50,544 nt of DNA from a virus. The notes under the pieces were generated by a model. The model was not told where the DNA came from and ran no database searches. It saw only the letters and a program-made list of their open reading frames with translations. Location: the IMG/VR virus record IMGVR_UViG_3300007352_000005, positions 1-50,544 of that record; one strand, given 5' to 3'. Shown piece by piece: positions 35,131 through 43,439 of the stretch (the first letter of the stretch is position 1; each line of letters starts with the position of its first letter). The translations under genes and the position numbers were made by a program.

Positions 35131-35297
35131 AGCACAGGTATCCAGAATAAATCAATGCTCAGCTTAAACTGCCTACTCAATGCAATCCCAAACAAACACT
35201 TCGGATTGTCGTTGAACGTGCTACTGGATATAACACCAATAGCCAGCTCCATTCCATCTTCATCAAATCCAAAACCACCTAAACTAAATGTGAACAT
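35127..35297 (-). CDS. hypothetical protein (56 aa)
   Basis: Below the track cut-off. Hand translation is MFTFSLGGFGFDEDGMELAIGVISSSTFNDNPKCLFGIALSRQFKLSIDLFWIPVL. It fills the gap, and its stop overlaps the next start (ATGA). Confidence 0.4.
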   Translation of the reverse strand: MFTFSLGGFGFDEDGMELAIGVISSSTFNDNPKCLFGIALSRQFKLSIDLFWIPVL

Positions 35298-35595
35298 TTC
35301 TATCGTCCTCTCCTATTTTTCTTTGTTCGTATGTAATTAGAAACGCAATACAACAGGCCGCGTGCCACAGATGAGACTTGCCTGTTTCCGGGTCTCCCTT
35401 CTCTCCCCACCACCACATCCATAGATGGCGCATCAATCCCCCAAACACCCTGCCCCACTTCATTCCCTTTTCCCAATTCCGGTCGGCATATTTCTTAGCC
35501 CCGAATGTCAAGATGGTACCTACCGCAAATAAAAGCTCAGGCGGGATAAGCTCTAAGCGTATCTTATCTTGGTCGTGTTTAATTCCTTCACTCAT
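35284..35595 (-). CDS. MazG-related dNTP pyrophosphohydrolase-like protein (dATP/dGTP diphosphohydrolase N-terminal domain family)
   Basis: HDQDKIRLELIPPELLFAVGTILTFGAKKYADRNWEKG...RHLWMWW...ETGKSHLWHAACCIAFL matches the K.D.GK...P......GA.KY...NW..G pattern of that family, recalled from memory. Confidence 0.6.
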   Translation of the reverse strand: MSEGIKHDQDKIRLELIPPELLFAVGTILTFGAKKYADRNWEKGMKWGRVFGGLMRHLWMWWWGEKGDPETGKSHLWHAACCIAFLITYEQRKIGEDDRNVHI

Positions 35596-35672
35596 GTTAT
35601 CCCCTCACTAAAGCTAATATGCTTCCTATCATAAAACATATACTGCCAGTTATGTACAAAATATAAATAACA

Positions 35673-35870
35673 TTATGCATAAATCTCTCCTGTATCTTTG
35701 CATCTCTTACACATCCACGCTTCCCCGTCATGGGTATAAACAGTGAGGCCCATACAATCGGGACATACGACAGGATAATGACGTTTAACTTTCATAGGCC
35801 CTGCCTTCCTATGAATTGGGTCTGTAACAAGCTCCTTCTTAGTGAAATTCTTCTTGGTAGTACGGCTCAT
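35673..35870 (-). CDS. zinc-ribbon protein (65 aa)
   Basis: ATGA overlap with the flap nuclease stop. CPDC...CKRC. Confidence 0.5.
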   Translation of the reverse strand: MSRTTKKNFTKKELVTDPIHRKAGPMKVKRHYPVVCPDCMGLTVYTHDGEAWMCKRCKDTGEIYA

Positions 35871-36712
35871 ACTGGCGCTGTCCACTCCTTATCAGGCTGT
35901 CTCCTAATCCACAACAGCTGTGCCATCTCATTCAACATCTGCTCACCCTTATCCCCGTATGCAGCGGTGTATTCGGCGAGTGCTTTAGCATAATATTCTT
36001 TCTCTGTTCCACATCCTTCCAGAGCCTTTGCAGCTCCTCTTGGTCCCATTCCTGTAATTCCTTGGATGTTGTCTGTAATGTCTCCTGTGAGGAGTTGAAG
36101 ATAAAAGTTTTTAATTGCCACATCTTCGTCTATCCAATAGGTTAGTTTCTTGTTAAAGTTGTAATGCCATCCCGGAATCATATCCATATCTTTATCTATG
36201 GAGCAAATAATAGTATTATTACCTCCATTACCAGTGTCAGAATAATCTCTAGATGACCATTGCTTGATGCCCATAGCATCATCAGCTTCCATCCCGTCAA
36301 CAACCTCTGCCTTCCAGTGCTTTATGAGATATTCTTTAATCTCAGCATACCACCTAGGCTTATGGAGAGCGTCTCTATTTCCTTTATACACCCTAGTGAT
36401 TGATATAGCATCACGGAAATTACCTTGTCCTGTTAGGAACACTCTACAATCAGTGGCCTTTACTTCTGTTAGGATAGCTTCTATAGTAGTTTTAACCGCC
36501 TGTAGTGCGTTCTCAAGTGGCTCTATCTCAGTGTGCTTCTCAATTACATAGCCACTGTCTTTAACATATTCTTCCGGTATGTCCTTCTTATATCTGTAGA
36601 TAGCTACAGCTCCATACATCTCTTCCCCTTTAATAGACACATGGTATTCACCATGCTCTACGGCAAAGCCACATCTGTATACTAAAATATCCCCGTCAAT
36701 TAATGCTAACAT
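35867..36712 (-). CDS. 5-prime-3-prime exonuclease / flap endonuclease (PIN-like plus H3TH)
   Basis: LALIDGDILVYR, YKGNRD, GMEADDAMG, ICSIDKDMDMI and LLTGDITDNIQGITGMGPRGAAKAL. Confidence 0.85.
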   Translation of the reverse strand: MLALIDGDILVYRCGFAVEHGEYHVSIKGEEMYGAVAIYRYKKDIPEEYVKDSGYVIEKHTEIEPLENALQAVKTTIEAILTEVKATDCRVFLTGQGNFRDAISITRVYKGNRDALHKPRWYAEIKEYLIKHWKAEVVDGMEADDAMGIKQWSSRDYSDTGNGGNNTIICSIDKDMDMIPGWHYNFNKKLTYWIDEDVAIKNFYLQLLTGDITDNIQGITGMGPRGAAKALEGCGTEKEYYAKALAEYTAAYGDKGEQMLNEMAQLLWIRRQPDKEWTAPV

Positions 36713-36720
36713 ATTTCTCC

Positions 36721-36747
36721 ATAAAAACGGGGGAGAGAAGCTCCCCC
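36721..36747 (-). terminator. intrinsic terminator, minus strand
   Basis: GGGGGAG (36729-36735) pairs with CTCCCCC (36741-36747). On the minus strand it is followed by GTTTTTAT. Confidence 0.7.
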
Positions 36748-36755
36748 TATTCTTA

Positions 36756-37025
36756 TTAATGGGCTAATGCCTTAGCTTCAATAACATTACCATCAGCCTG
36801 ATGAAGGTTCTCAAATCCATCTTGAGCCATCTTCAAATACTGAATAGCCACTACAATACTATCACTCTCTGCCTCAATAGTGTTCAACGGCTTATACACT
36901 AAGAGATAGTTAGCAATGCTCTCGTCCTTCCAAGCCTCAATAGGATTTTTGTTAGGATTGTACAGCACAGCAAAGTTAATAGTTTCTTCAACCTTAGCAT
37001 ACCCTTCAAATTTATTCAACTGCAT
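36756..37025 (-). CDS. hypothetical protein (89 aa)
   Basis: An internal ATG at 37025 cuts the overlap with the upstream gene to 14 nt. Confidence 0.5.
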   Translation of the reverse strand: MQLNKFEGYAKVEETINFAVLYNPNKNPIEAWKDESIANYLLVYKPLNTIEAESDSIVVAIQYLKMAQDGFENLHQADGNVIEAKALAH

Positions 37026-37548
37026 ATTGCTTGGCCTCCTCAACGTCGTTGTCAATCGTCTCATCCTTCACAACTTCAGGATGCCATGCATCGGCGGTCA
37101 TCTTAGCCGCGTACTTATTAATCAGGCCATACAGAATGTCAGCCTTGTCGGACTTCTTAGTACCCAATGACACAGCGTCAGCTGCTATCAGCATCTTCAC
37201 AAACTCCATGCTATCCTTACGTGACGCCAAGAACGTAATACGAAAGTCCTTAGTGTCGGGATTGTACGCAGGACGGGCCGCTGTAGCACCAGCAGGGGCA
37301 TCGTGCTTAGCTGCCTCCACCACTGCAACAGTGTTGATGTTCTTGAAATCCCCTTTCTGTTCATAGGAGATACGAACACTGTCACCCTCATTGACAGACT
37401 CAATCATAGCCTTGTTCTTGTCATTAACGAACGTGCTATACCAAGCCCCATTAACTTTAAGGCTACGCTTCACCCACTTGCGAGGACTACCTGCGGGGGA
37501 ATACGATACATTTGCTTGCTCAACTACACCAATGGTTTCACTACTCAT
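37012..37548 (-). CDS. single-stranded DNA-binding protein (tentative)
   Basis: OB-like N-terminal half, acidic C-terminal tail (IDNDVEEAKQYAVE), and a position between the polymerase and the nuclease. Confidence 0.3.
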   Translation of the reverse strand: MSSETIGVVEQANVSYSPAGSPRKWVKRSLKVNGAWYSTFVNDKNKAMIESVNEGDSVRISYEQKGDFKNINTVAVVEAAKHDAPAGATAARPAYNPDTKDFRITFLASRKDSMEFVKMLIAADAVSLGTKKSDKADILYGLINKYAAKMTADAWHPEVVKDETIDNDVEEAKQYAVE

Positions 37549-37973
37549 GCTGTTGCCTCCTGAGGCTTATTATAGTTTAATATGGCGTACGCTAACTCCA
37601 ACATATCTTCATCTGTACCTACACTTTTTCCTGCATTATACATATGCAGTACCACTCTACAATTATCTTCTGTATATCCTTTCGAGTTATCAATGCGGTC
37701 AATCGAAGGGGAATGGACAGAATGTGCTACATACTTAAAGGCTATTCCAGTAACCTCACAAACACCTCTTGTCAGCTTGGATAGCACCCACTCCCTAGTT
37801 AAATTGAAAGAATACCCGTACTTAGTGGCCCTACTTTTAGCGGATGTCCAAAGAACATACGCTCGACCGTCTGGGGTATTTCTATATTTCCTGTGAATTG
37901 CGTTCATTTTAGGCCTGTGCCTCTCCGCGTACTCCTTAGCATACTTCTTTCTATAGGCTTTCCTATCAAACAT
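37545..37973 (-). CDS. HNH-family homing endonuclease-like protein
   Basis: SPSIDRIDNSKGYTEDNCRVVLHMYN. Lies immediately downstream of the DNA polymerase. Confidence 0.6.
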   Translation of the reverse strand: MFDRKAYRKKYAKEYAERHRPKMNAIHRKYRNTPDGRAYVLWTSAKSRATKYGYSFNLTREWVLSKLTRGVCEVTGIAFKYVAHSVHSPSIDRIDNSKGYTEDNCRVVLHMYNAGKSVGTDEDMLELAYAILNYNKPQEATA

Positions 37974-39744
37974 TGTAATCCCAATGACTTAGGGACTTCT
38001 GCTCTACTTCTAACGGGTAATTAATGTCATACCCAATAACCTTTTTGAAAAATCCCACTACATCCTTAGACAGCGCCTTCTCCAATAAGTTCCCTACTTC
38101 TTCAGATTCATTTGGTTCCTCCTCGACAATAACGCTATCATGCACCTCATTGATAATGAAAGACTTTAGGTTCCGGGCCTTCAGTTCGTGCCATAAGAGA
38201 CACACACCTGTAGGGGATATATCAGCTGTAGCAAACATCTGCACAGGGTAGTTACGAATACTCTCGTTATTAGTTATATACCCGGAGGATGTATAGTCGG
38301 CATTAGGCCAATAAAAAATCAATCCTGTGACGGTACGTAGCTGCTTAGTCTTAATAACCTCCTCAATCCACCGCATGTGCATGGCATCAATTGCCCTATA
38401 CCTATCCTTAAACCATTTATAGTAGGTTTGTTCGGCCTTTGTCCCCGACGTACCCCCGTATAGGGGCTTAAAGGTGTGGGACTTAGCGTCCTGTCTATTG
38501 GTTTCCTGCCCTGCCTCGGTGAGGACAGCACTGGTACGGGCATGAACATCCACGTTGTGTACATAAATATCGTCATACGCTACCTTGTCCTGAGCCAACA
38601 TAGCTGCCACTCTAAACTCTAGTTGCTTATAGTCTCCACTACGTATCTTCCATCCCTTCGTACGGGCCGTAATCACCTTCTTAAGATTGCGGTCTATGTT
38701 CTGTAGATTAGGATTGGAGGACGTTAAGCGATGGCTCTGTGCTATAGACTGATTAAGGGAGCCGTAGATAATGTTATTGTTATTCTCACAGGCATCTACA
38801 AATTTTTTTGTGTAGGCGCTAATCTTTTTTCTAAGCTTACTCTCCTCTGACTTGAGGGCGAGGAAAGCACGTTGTTGTCTATTAGTGCATTTAAGAGCCA
38901 AGATTGTATCTTCATCCGTCTTAGGATTTCCTTCTGGAAACGCCTTAGAGGGTTTGCCCCTAATCGGATTGCCTCTCCTATCTCTGAGTTCTTCAAATCC
39001 CATCTCCCCATATAAAAACTTAGCTACCTGTTGTGGACTACCCATGTTAATACCGCCAGTAATCTCGTCAAGTTCTACCTCAAGAGTGCGGTGTCTGGTT
39101 TGGGCTTCCTTATGTAGGCTTATAACAAGCTCCTTGTCTAGGAATATTCCCTTCATCTCTATGTCAGCTAACACAGGCGTAGAAATATTTCGTATAAAAA
39201 ACACAGGAAGAAGTCCCTTCTCTTTTAATATCTTCCTCTGCTTAAGGAACACACCATGCGTTATCTCCACGTCCTGTATACAATAGTCATGCAACAGGCT
39301 ATAAGGGATTTCACTAGGGCACACTCCTGCCTTAATCATCCTAGATACTACAGACTCTTTCCCTGAATACCCATAGCGTTTAGCTATGCTATCTAGGTCA
39401 AGGGCCCATTGCCTATTACCAGCTAGTACAAATTCCCCGAGCAGAGTGTCATAAAACAGTAGCTTAGATACATCCACACCTAAACGAATAAGCCACTTGA
39501 TTTCAAACTTAGCGCCTTGAGCTACAATAAAATCTACCTTATGTATTTCCTCTAGCACTTCATCTAGTGTACGTATTTCGCCATGACTGCGATTACTATA
39601 ACAATACAAATCAACAATACAATTGTCTCCATGCCTAGCGTCACCTTTATTATTATTCTTTGTCTCTAGGTCGAAAACTAAATAGTTCTCTGATAAATAA
39701 ATGTCAGGATTTGGGTGCGTTATGAAGCTTGGCAACTGTGCCAT
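37966..39744 (-). CDS. DNA polymerase, family A, with 3-prime-5-prime exonuclease domain
   Basis: Exonuclease motifs LVFDLETKN and HDYCIQDVE. Polymerase motif A GDYKQLEFRVAAMLA, motif B RQDAKSHTFKPLYGG, motif C INEVHDSVIVE. AGGAGGGG Shine-Dalgarno before the ATG at 39744. Confidence 0.92.
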   Translation of the reverse strand: MAQLPSFITHPNPDIYLSENYLVFDLETKNNNKGDARHGDNCIVDLYCYSNRSHGEIRTLDEVLEEIHKVDFIVAQGAKFEIKWLIRLGVDVSKLLFYDTLLGEFVLAGNRQWALDLDSIAKRYGYSGKESVVSRMIKAGVCPSEIPYSLLHDYCIQDVEITHGVFLKQRKILKEKGLLPVFFIRNISTPVLADIEMKGIFLDKELVISLHKEAQTRHRTLEVELDEITGGINMGSPQQVAKFLYGEMGFEELRDRRGNPIRGKPSKAFPEGNPKTDEDTILALKCTNRQQRAFLALKSEESKLRKKISAYTKKFVDACENNNNIIYGSLNQSIAQSHRLTSSNPNLQNIDRNLKKVITARTKGWKIRSGDYKQLEFRVAAMLAQDKVAYDDIYVHNVDVHARTSAVLTEAGQETNRQDAKSHTFKPLYGGTSGTKAEQTYYKWFKDRYRAIDAMHMRWIEEVIKTKQLRTVTGLIFYWPNADYTSSGYITNNESIRNYPVQMFATADISPTGVCLLWHELKARNLKSFIINEVHDSVIVEEEPNESEEVGNLLEKALSKDVVGFFKKVIGYDINYPLEVEQKSLSHWDYNV

Positions 39745-39934
39745 TCGCCCCTCCTACGATATCTGTTCCACAAACTGCACAATATCTAACCTCTCGTTGT
39801 CCGTGAGGATAATGTGTCACGGTCATATGTATCTCACATCTACATGAGGCACACGTAGTTTTCCATCCAATGTAATTAAGACGAGGGTTCCATCCAATGT
39901 AATTAAGACGAGGGTCATTGAAATGATTTCTCAT
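39704..39934 (-). CDS. zinc-ribbon protein (76 aa) carrying a 9-aa tandem duplication
   Basis: ATGA coupling to the helicase stop. CASCRC...CAVCG. PRLNYIGW occurs twice. Confidence 0.55.
   Translation of the reverse strand: MRNHFNDPRLNYIGWNPRLNYIGWKTTCASCRCEIHMTVTHYPHGQREVRYCAVCGTDIVGGANGTVAKLHNAPKS
39862..39915. repeat. perfect 27-bp tandem duplication (2 copies)
   Basis: TCCATCCAATGTAATTAAGACGAGGGT occurs at 39862-39888 and again at 39889-39915. Confidence 0.95.
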
Positions 39935-41109
39935 ACAGTTATCCTGTTGGTCGCGTAATCTATGTTAGCAGAGAATGCTTTGATTGGAGCAGTGAACTTA
40001 CTCTTAGGAAAGGACAGCATCACCCTTCCTGTGCTTACCATTTCTGGGCTTTGCCCAAGTCCTATCATCAAGTCCATCTGCGCGGCAACCCCTGTGTTGC
40101 TCCACTCCACATCCTCCATATCCAGCACAAGCTTGCTTCTAGCACTATCCCCTGCCTGTGTCACCACAACAGACACACAATCAAATTCCTTGGCTAGATT
40201 ACGAGTGCCAATACAGCCTTGCTCAAGATTGATGGTCATGCTTTCTTTCTTGATGTGCATGTTTCTAATCTGGTCTATGACAAATACATCTGGCTTGATG
40301 CGTTCTATCCATTTCCTAAGTTCCGGCAACGTACCCGGATGCGTAGGAATAAAGAATAGATTGCTGTAGCCATTAGACAGAGCTATATCAAAATACTTCT
40401 TAGGGTCTTTCTTAAGCTCATGTTCCGGTATACGTGTAAACCGACTGACAATACGATACATCATCTTAGGAGCAGGGTCTTCGTTCCCTAGGTAGAGAAC
40501 CTTGTATCCCGCCTCAGCTGCTCCCACAGCCATATTGATAGCCACTGTGGATTTACCTACGTTGGGCCTAGCAAATACACACAGCTGTGATTGCCGGGGC
40601 ACACCTCCACCTAAAATATTATTAAGATGTGTGGGATAGACAGGTATCATATTCTTCCCAGTGAAATGTTCCTCCAGCTTATCAATAGGCGTGGCATTAA
40701 ATAGCTCGTCCTTAACCTCCTCAACACCGAAGGTAAGGTATTCCTCCATATAGGCTTTGGCTTTCTCTTCGTCCTTACCGGCAATACTTTTCATTATCTC
40801 TTGCGAGATTTTTTCCTTTTGTACTGACGTAAAAAGTTCAAGGAGATTTGGAAGTGAAGGTGGTGCTGGAAGAGACGCAAAATATTCTTCAACGAGATTT
40901 TCTTTTTTCGCATTTTTCTTTTTTATAATTGTTTTTATTATATCTACGTCCACATGGGAGGCGGACGAGTCCTTCTTATAAAAGTTTACTACCTCATCAA
41001 ACACCAGAGAATTGAAATCATAAAACGTATTCTCCTTTACGAAGGGATAGATTTTATGGAACGCATCTCTGGATTGAATGAGTGCTGCTATTAGTTTATT
41101 TTCTTGCAT
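39931..41109 (-). CDS. replicative DNA helicase (DnaB-like, RecA-fold C-terminal domain)
   Basis: Walker A ARPNVGKSTVAINMAVGAA and Walker B-like VFVIDQIRNM. Confidence 0.85.
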   Translation of the reverse strand: MQENKLIAALIQSRDAFHKIYPFVKENTFYDFNSLVFDEVVNFYKKDSSASHVDVDIIKTIIKKKNAKKENLVEEYFASLPAPPSLPNLLELFTSVQKEKISQEIMKSIAGKDEEKAKAYMEEYLTFGVEEVKDELFNATPIDKLEEHFTGKNMIPVYPTHLNNILGGGVPRQSQLCVFARPNVGKSTVAINMAVGAAEAGYKVLYLGNEDPAPKMMYRIVSRFTRIPEHELKKDPKKYFDIALSNGYSNLFFIPTHPGTLPELRKWIERIKPDVFVIDQIRNMHIKKESMTINLEQGCIGTRNLAKEFDCVSVVVTQAGDSARSKLVLDMEDVEWSNTGVAAQMDLMIGLGQSPEMVSTGRVMLSFPKSKFTAPIKAFSANIDYATNRITV

Positions 41110-41112
41110 AGA

Positions 41113-41679
41113 TTAAAACTTCACAGCCATAATCTGAGCAAGTGTTACCAACTTATTACCAATCACTTCTAAGCTACAGTCAAACGTACGGTGATTCTCC
41201 CTACCCATACCGTGAGTGTGTCCATGCAAGTTGAGGATGCAACTGTTTGCATTAAACTCTCTCTCATGCTTACCCATCAATCCCAAATACCTATCATCCC
41301 CAACAGGAACTACTGCTGGAAATGCAGGTACGTGAGTGAGTAGGATGTTGCCCCACTCGTGAGGAAACACTAAAGACTGCCCAAACGGAACAACCTTATC
41401 CACCCACTTAGAATACCAACTGGTACGGTTTTTATCATGGTTGCCCATAACTAACATCTTACTTCCCGGAGCTTCCTTAATGCGATGGAACCAATAGCTC
41501 TGCTTTCTAAAAGCTATATCCCCTAGGAGGACAACAACATCATCCTTGAAGACGCAATCATTCCATGCTTTAAAGAACTCTTCTTCATACCCACGTGCCC
41601 TACTGCCTACTTTATCGGTGAGGAGTTTATGGTCGAGATGGAGGTCGGACGCAAGCCAGATTTTATTATAGTTTTTCAT
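41113..41679 (-). CDS. calcineurin-like metallophosphoesterase
   Basis: IWLASDLHLDH, LLGDIAF, VMGNHDKN and LHGHTHG. Confidence 0.8.
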   Translation of the reverse strand: MKNYNKIWLASDLHLDHKLLTDKVGSRARGYEEEFFKAWNDCVFKDDVVVLLGDIAFRKQSYWFHRIKEAPGSKMLVMGNHDKNRTSWYSKWVDKVVPFGQSLVFPHEWGNILLTHVPAFPAVVPVGDDRYLGLMGKHEREFNANSCILNLHGHTHGMGRENHRTFDCSLEVIGNKLVTLAQIMAVKF

Positions 41680-41733
41680 TATTATTATTATTATTATACC
41701 TACGGCTTATAATTGTTATTAGGAACTACTTTC

Positions 41734-41958
41734 TTATTTTGCTTTTGCTACTTTATCAGACGGAATTTCAAACACTGCTGTTTCCTTTACACACGTAAAG
41801 AGTTTACGAGGACGCCCGCGCTTACCTGTATGTAGGTTTACAATCTTAGTAACTTCCAGTTCGTCACCTACCAATAGTGATACAGACGTATCCCCGTCAA
41901 CTGGAACAACCCCGTCAAGATTAAATATTACTACTTTATCACCAACATTGATTTTCAT
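41734..41958 (-). CDS. hypothetical protein (74 aa)
   Basis: The internal ATG at 41958 forms an ATGA overlap with the upstream stop. Confidence 0.5.
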   Translation of the reverse strand: MKINVGDKVVIFNLDGVVPVDGDTSVSLLVGDELEVTKIVNLHTGKRGRPRKLFTCVKETAVFEIPSDKVAKAK

Positions 41959-42197
41959 TTTAGATTTTTCCCATAAGCAGACCACAACGCCCCACAAGAG
42001 GGGCACTCGTAATGAGTAGTTCTATCTTCTTTCATACTATAATGCCCTATTTCTTTTTTCCATCTACCTGTTGTCTTAGTAGCCCCGTACATTTCTGCTA
42101 TACGGAGGGCTTCCTTTTCATCTCCAGTTTCTCGAAGAAAGTAATTATAGATTAACTCTCCTTCTAAAGAAATCTTACAGCTTGGGCAATTCTTCAT
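41955..42197 (-). CDS. zinc-ribbon protein (80 aa)
   Basis: CPSC...CPSCG. Confidence 0.5.
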   Translation of the reverse strand: MKNCPSCKISLEGELIYNYFLRETGDEKEALRIAEMYGATKTTGRWKKEIGHYSMKEDRTTHYECPSCGALWSAYGKNLK

Positions 42198-42206
42198 ATA
42201 GAGCCC

Positions 42207-42494
42207 TCATAGTTCCGCACATTTATCACACCTAGTTTTTAGCCAGCCGTGGCCCATTAACGTTCCGGGATTTCCACACAATTCACAAATCTTATATGAA
42301 AGAGCTTCTGCGCTGTCTATAGCATCGTGTAATTCATCACTACACCCGGCGACATAGAACCGGAGCCCTCCATATTTTTCCTTTACCTGAAGAATGTTCA
42401 CTCCCTGTTCGTTGCATTTTTCTATTAGAGGCTCAATGAGGTTTCGCCATCCAGCCCCACACTCAACCCCAAACAACTCATAGCTGGTTTTCAT
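42207..42494 (-). CDS. hypothetical protein (95 aa) with KEKYGGLRFY motif and C-terminal Cys cluster
   Basis: ORF directly downstream of the tRNA. Confidence 0.55.
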   Translation of the reverse strand: MKTSYELFGVECGAGWRNLIEPLIEKCNEQGVNILQVKEKYGGLRFYVAGCSDELHDAIDSAEALSYKICELCGNPGTLMGHGWLKTRCDKCAEL

Positions 42495-42515
42495 GCCCGT
42501 CTCCTGTTATAAACA

Positions 42516-42592
42516 TGGTGCCCACGGAGGGATTCAAACCCCCAATACACAGATTAGAAATCTGTTGCTTTATTCAATTAAGCTACATGGGC
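42516..42592 (-). tRNA. tRNA-Arg, anticodon TCT (reads AGA), CCA encoded
   Basis: Hand-folded. Acceptor GCCCATG/CGTGGGC, D arm GCTT...AAGC, anticodon arm ACAGA-TTTCTAA-TCTGT, 5-nt variable loop, T arm GGGGG-TTTGAAT-CCCTC, discriminator A plus CCA. Confidence 0.8.
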
Positions 42593-42622
42593 CTTAGACA
42601 GCCAGTTCTTTAAAAAGTTCCC

Positions 42623-42805
42623 TTAGTCGTCCAATTCTCCGCCATTAAGAAAATCACCTAGAACAGCGCCAGCAATACTGCCTCCTAAGATAGTGCCTAA
42701 TACAGCACTGTCAGTTACCGCAGCAATCACAGCGGAATCAATCACGGAAGTATCTTCTTCCTTAGTATTGCAAGGTTCTTTATTACCACACTTACATTTG
42801 CTCAT
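42623..42805 (-). CDS. small glycine-zipper peptide (60 aa)
   Basis: N-terminal CKCGNKEPC and a C-terminal segment AVLGTILGGSIAGAVLGDFLNGG. Confidence 0.45.
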   Translation of the reverse strand: MSKCKCGNKEPCNTKEEDTSVIDSAVIAAVTDSAVLGTILGGSIAGAVLGDFLNGGELDD

Positions 42806-43116
42806 CGTCTGCCCCTTTCATATGCTTCATATAGATTGTCCGATGCAGAGCCTAGCAACAAGTGCTTTGGATTTATGCACTTATAATTATCACACGTATG
42901 GCATATCAACTTATCCTCAGGGATGTTTCCCTTGAATAAATAATATGACACCCTATGTGCTCGCATCACCCTACTACCCACTTTAATAGCTCCATAAGGC
43001 TTGCTGCCCCTTGTAGCTCCCTGCCATTCCCAACATCCGTTGTCCTTGTTGTACTTAATCTTTTGCATGAGCCTGTCATACAAACCCACAGAATTATGTA
43101 CTAAATCATAGGACAT
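42802..43116 (-). CDS. HNH homing endonuclease (HNH_3-like)
   Basis: NGCWEWQGA, RAHRVSYYLFKG and ICHTCDNYKCINPKHLLLGSASDN. Confidence 0.8.
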   Translation of the reverse strand: MSYDLVHNSVGLYDRLMQKIKYNKDNGCWEWQGATRGSKPYGAIKVGSRVMRAHRVSYYLFKGNIPEDKLICHTCDNYKCINPKHLLLGSASDNLYEAYERGRR

Positions 43117-43439
43117 TTAGGTTCCCCCTGACTAGAATTCTCTCTCACTTTTCCTTACTGTTCTTATCAAGTTCAATGGCTATCTGAATAACTAGCCATG
43201 CTAAGACAACTGTACCTGCTCCAAAGAAATAACAAATTAAGTCGTCCATAATTCCTCCGTTACAAAATAAAGAACAGATAGAGATTCATACAAGCAGCCC
43301 CAAGTAGTAATATAATAAAAATCCTAGTCATACTAATATCCTCTTTATGTGCGGTGTATTCTGTATACATTCCGCTGGTTGGTAATATAGATACATAATC
43401 GTCCCTAGTAAAATGATGTATATCAGCAGCCATACAGCG

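Noticed and set aside
30561-35595. Z-genome (2-aminoadenine) pathway suggested by a MazG-related protein plus an HD hydrolase
   Set aside because: No PurZ or adenylosuccinate-synthetase-like ORF (GDEGKGK-type motif) exists in any frame of the window. The essential enzyme is therefore missing.
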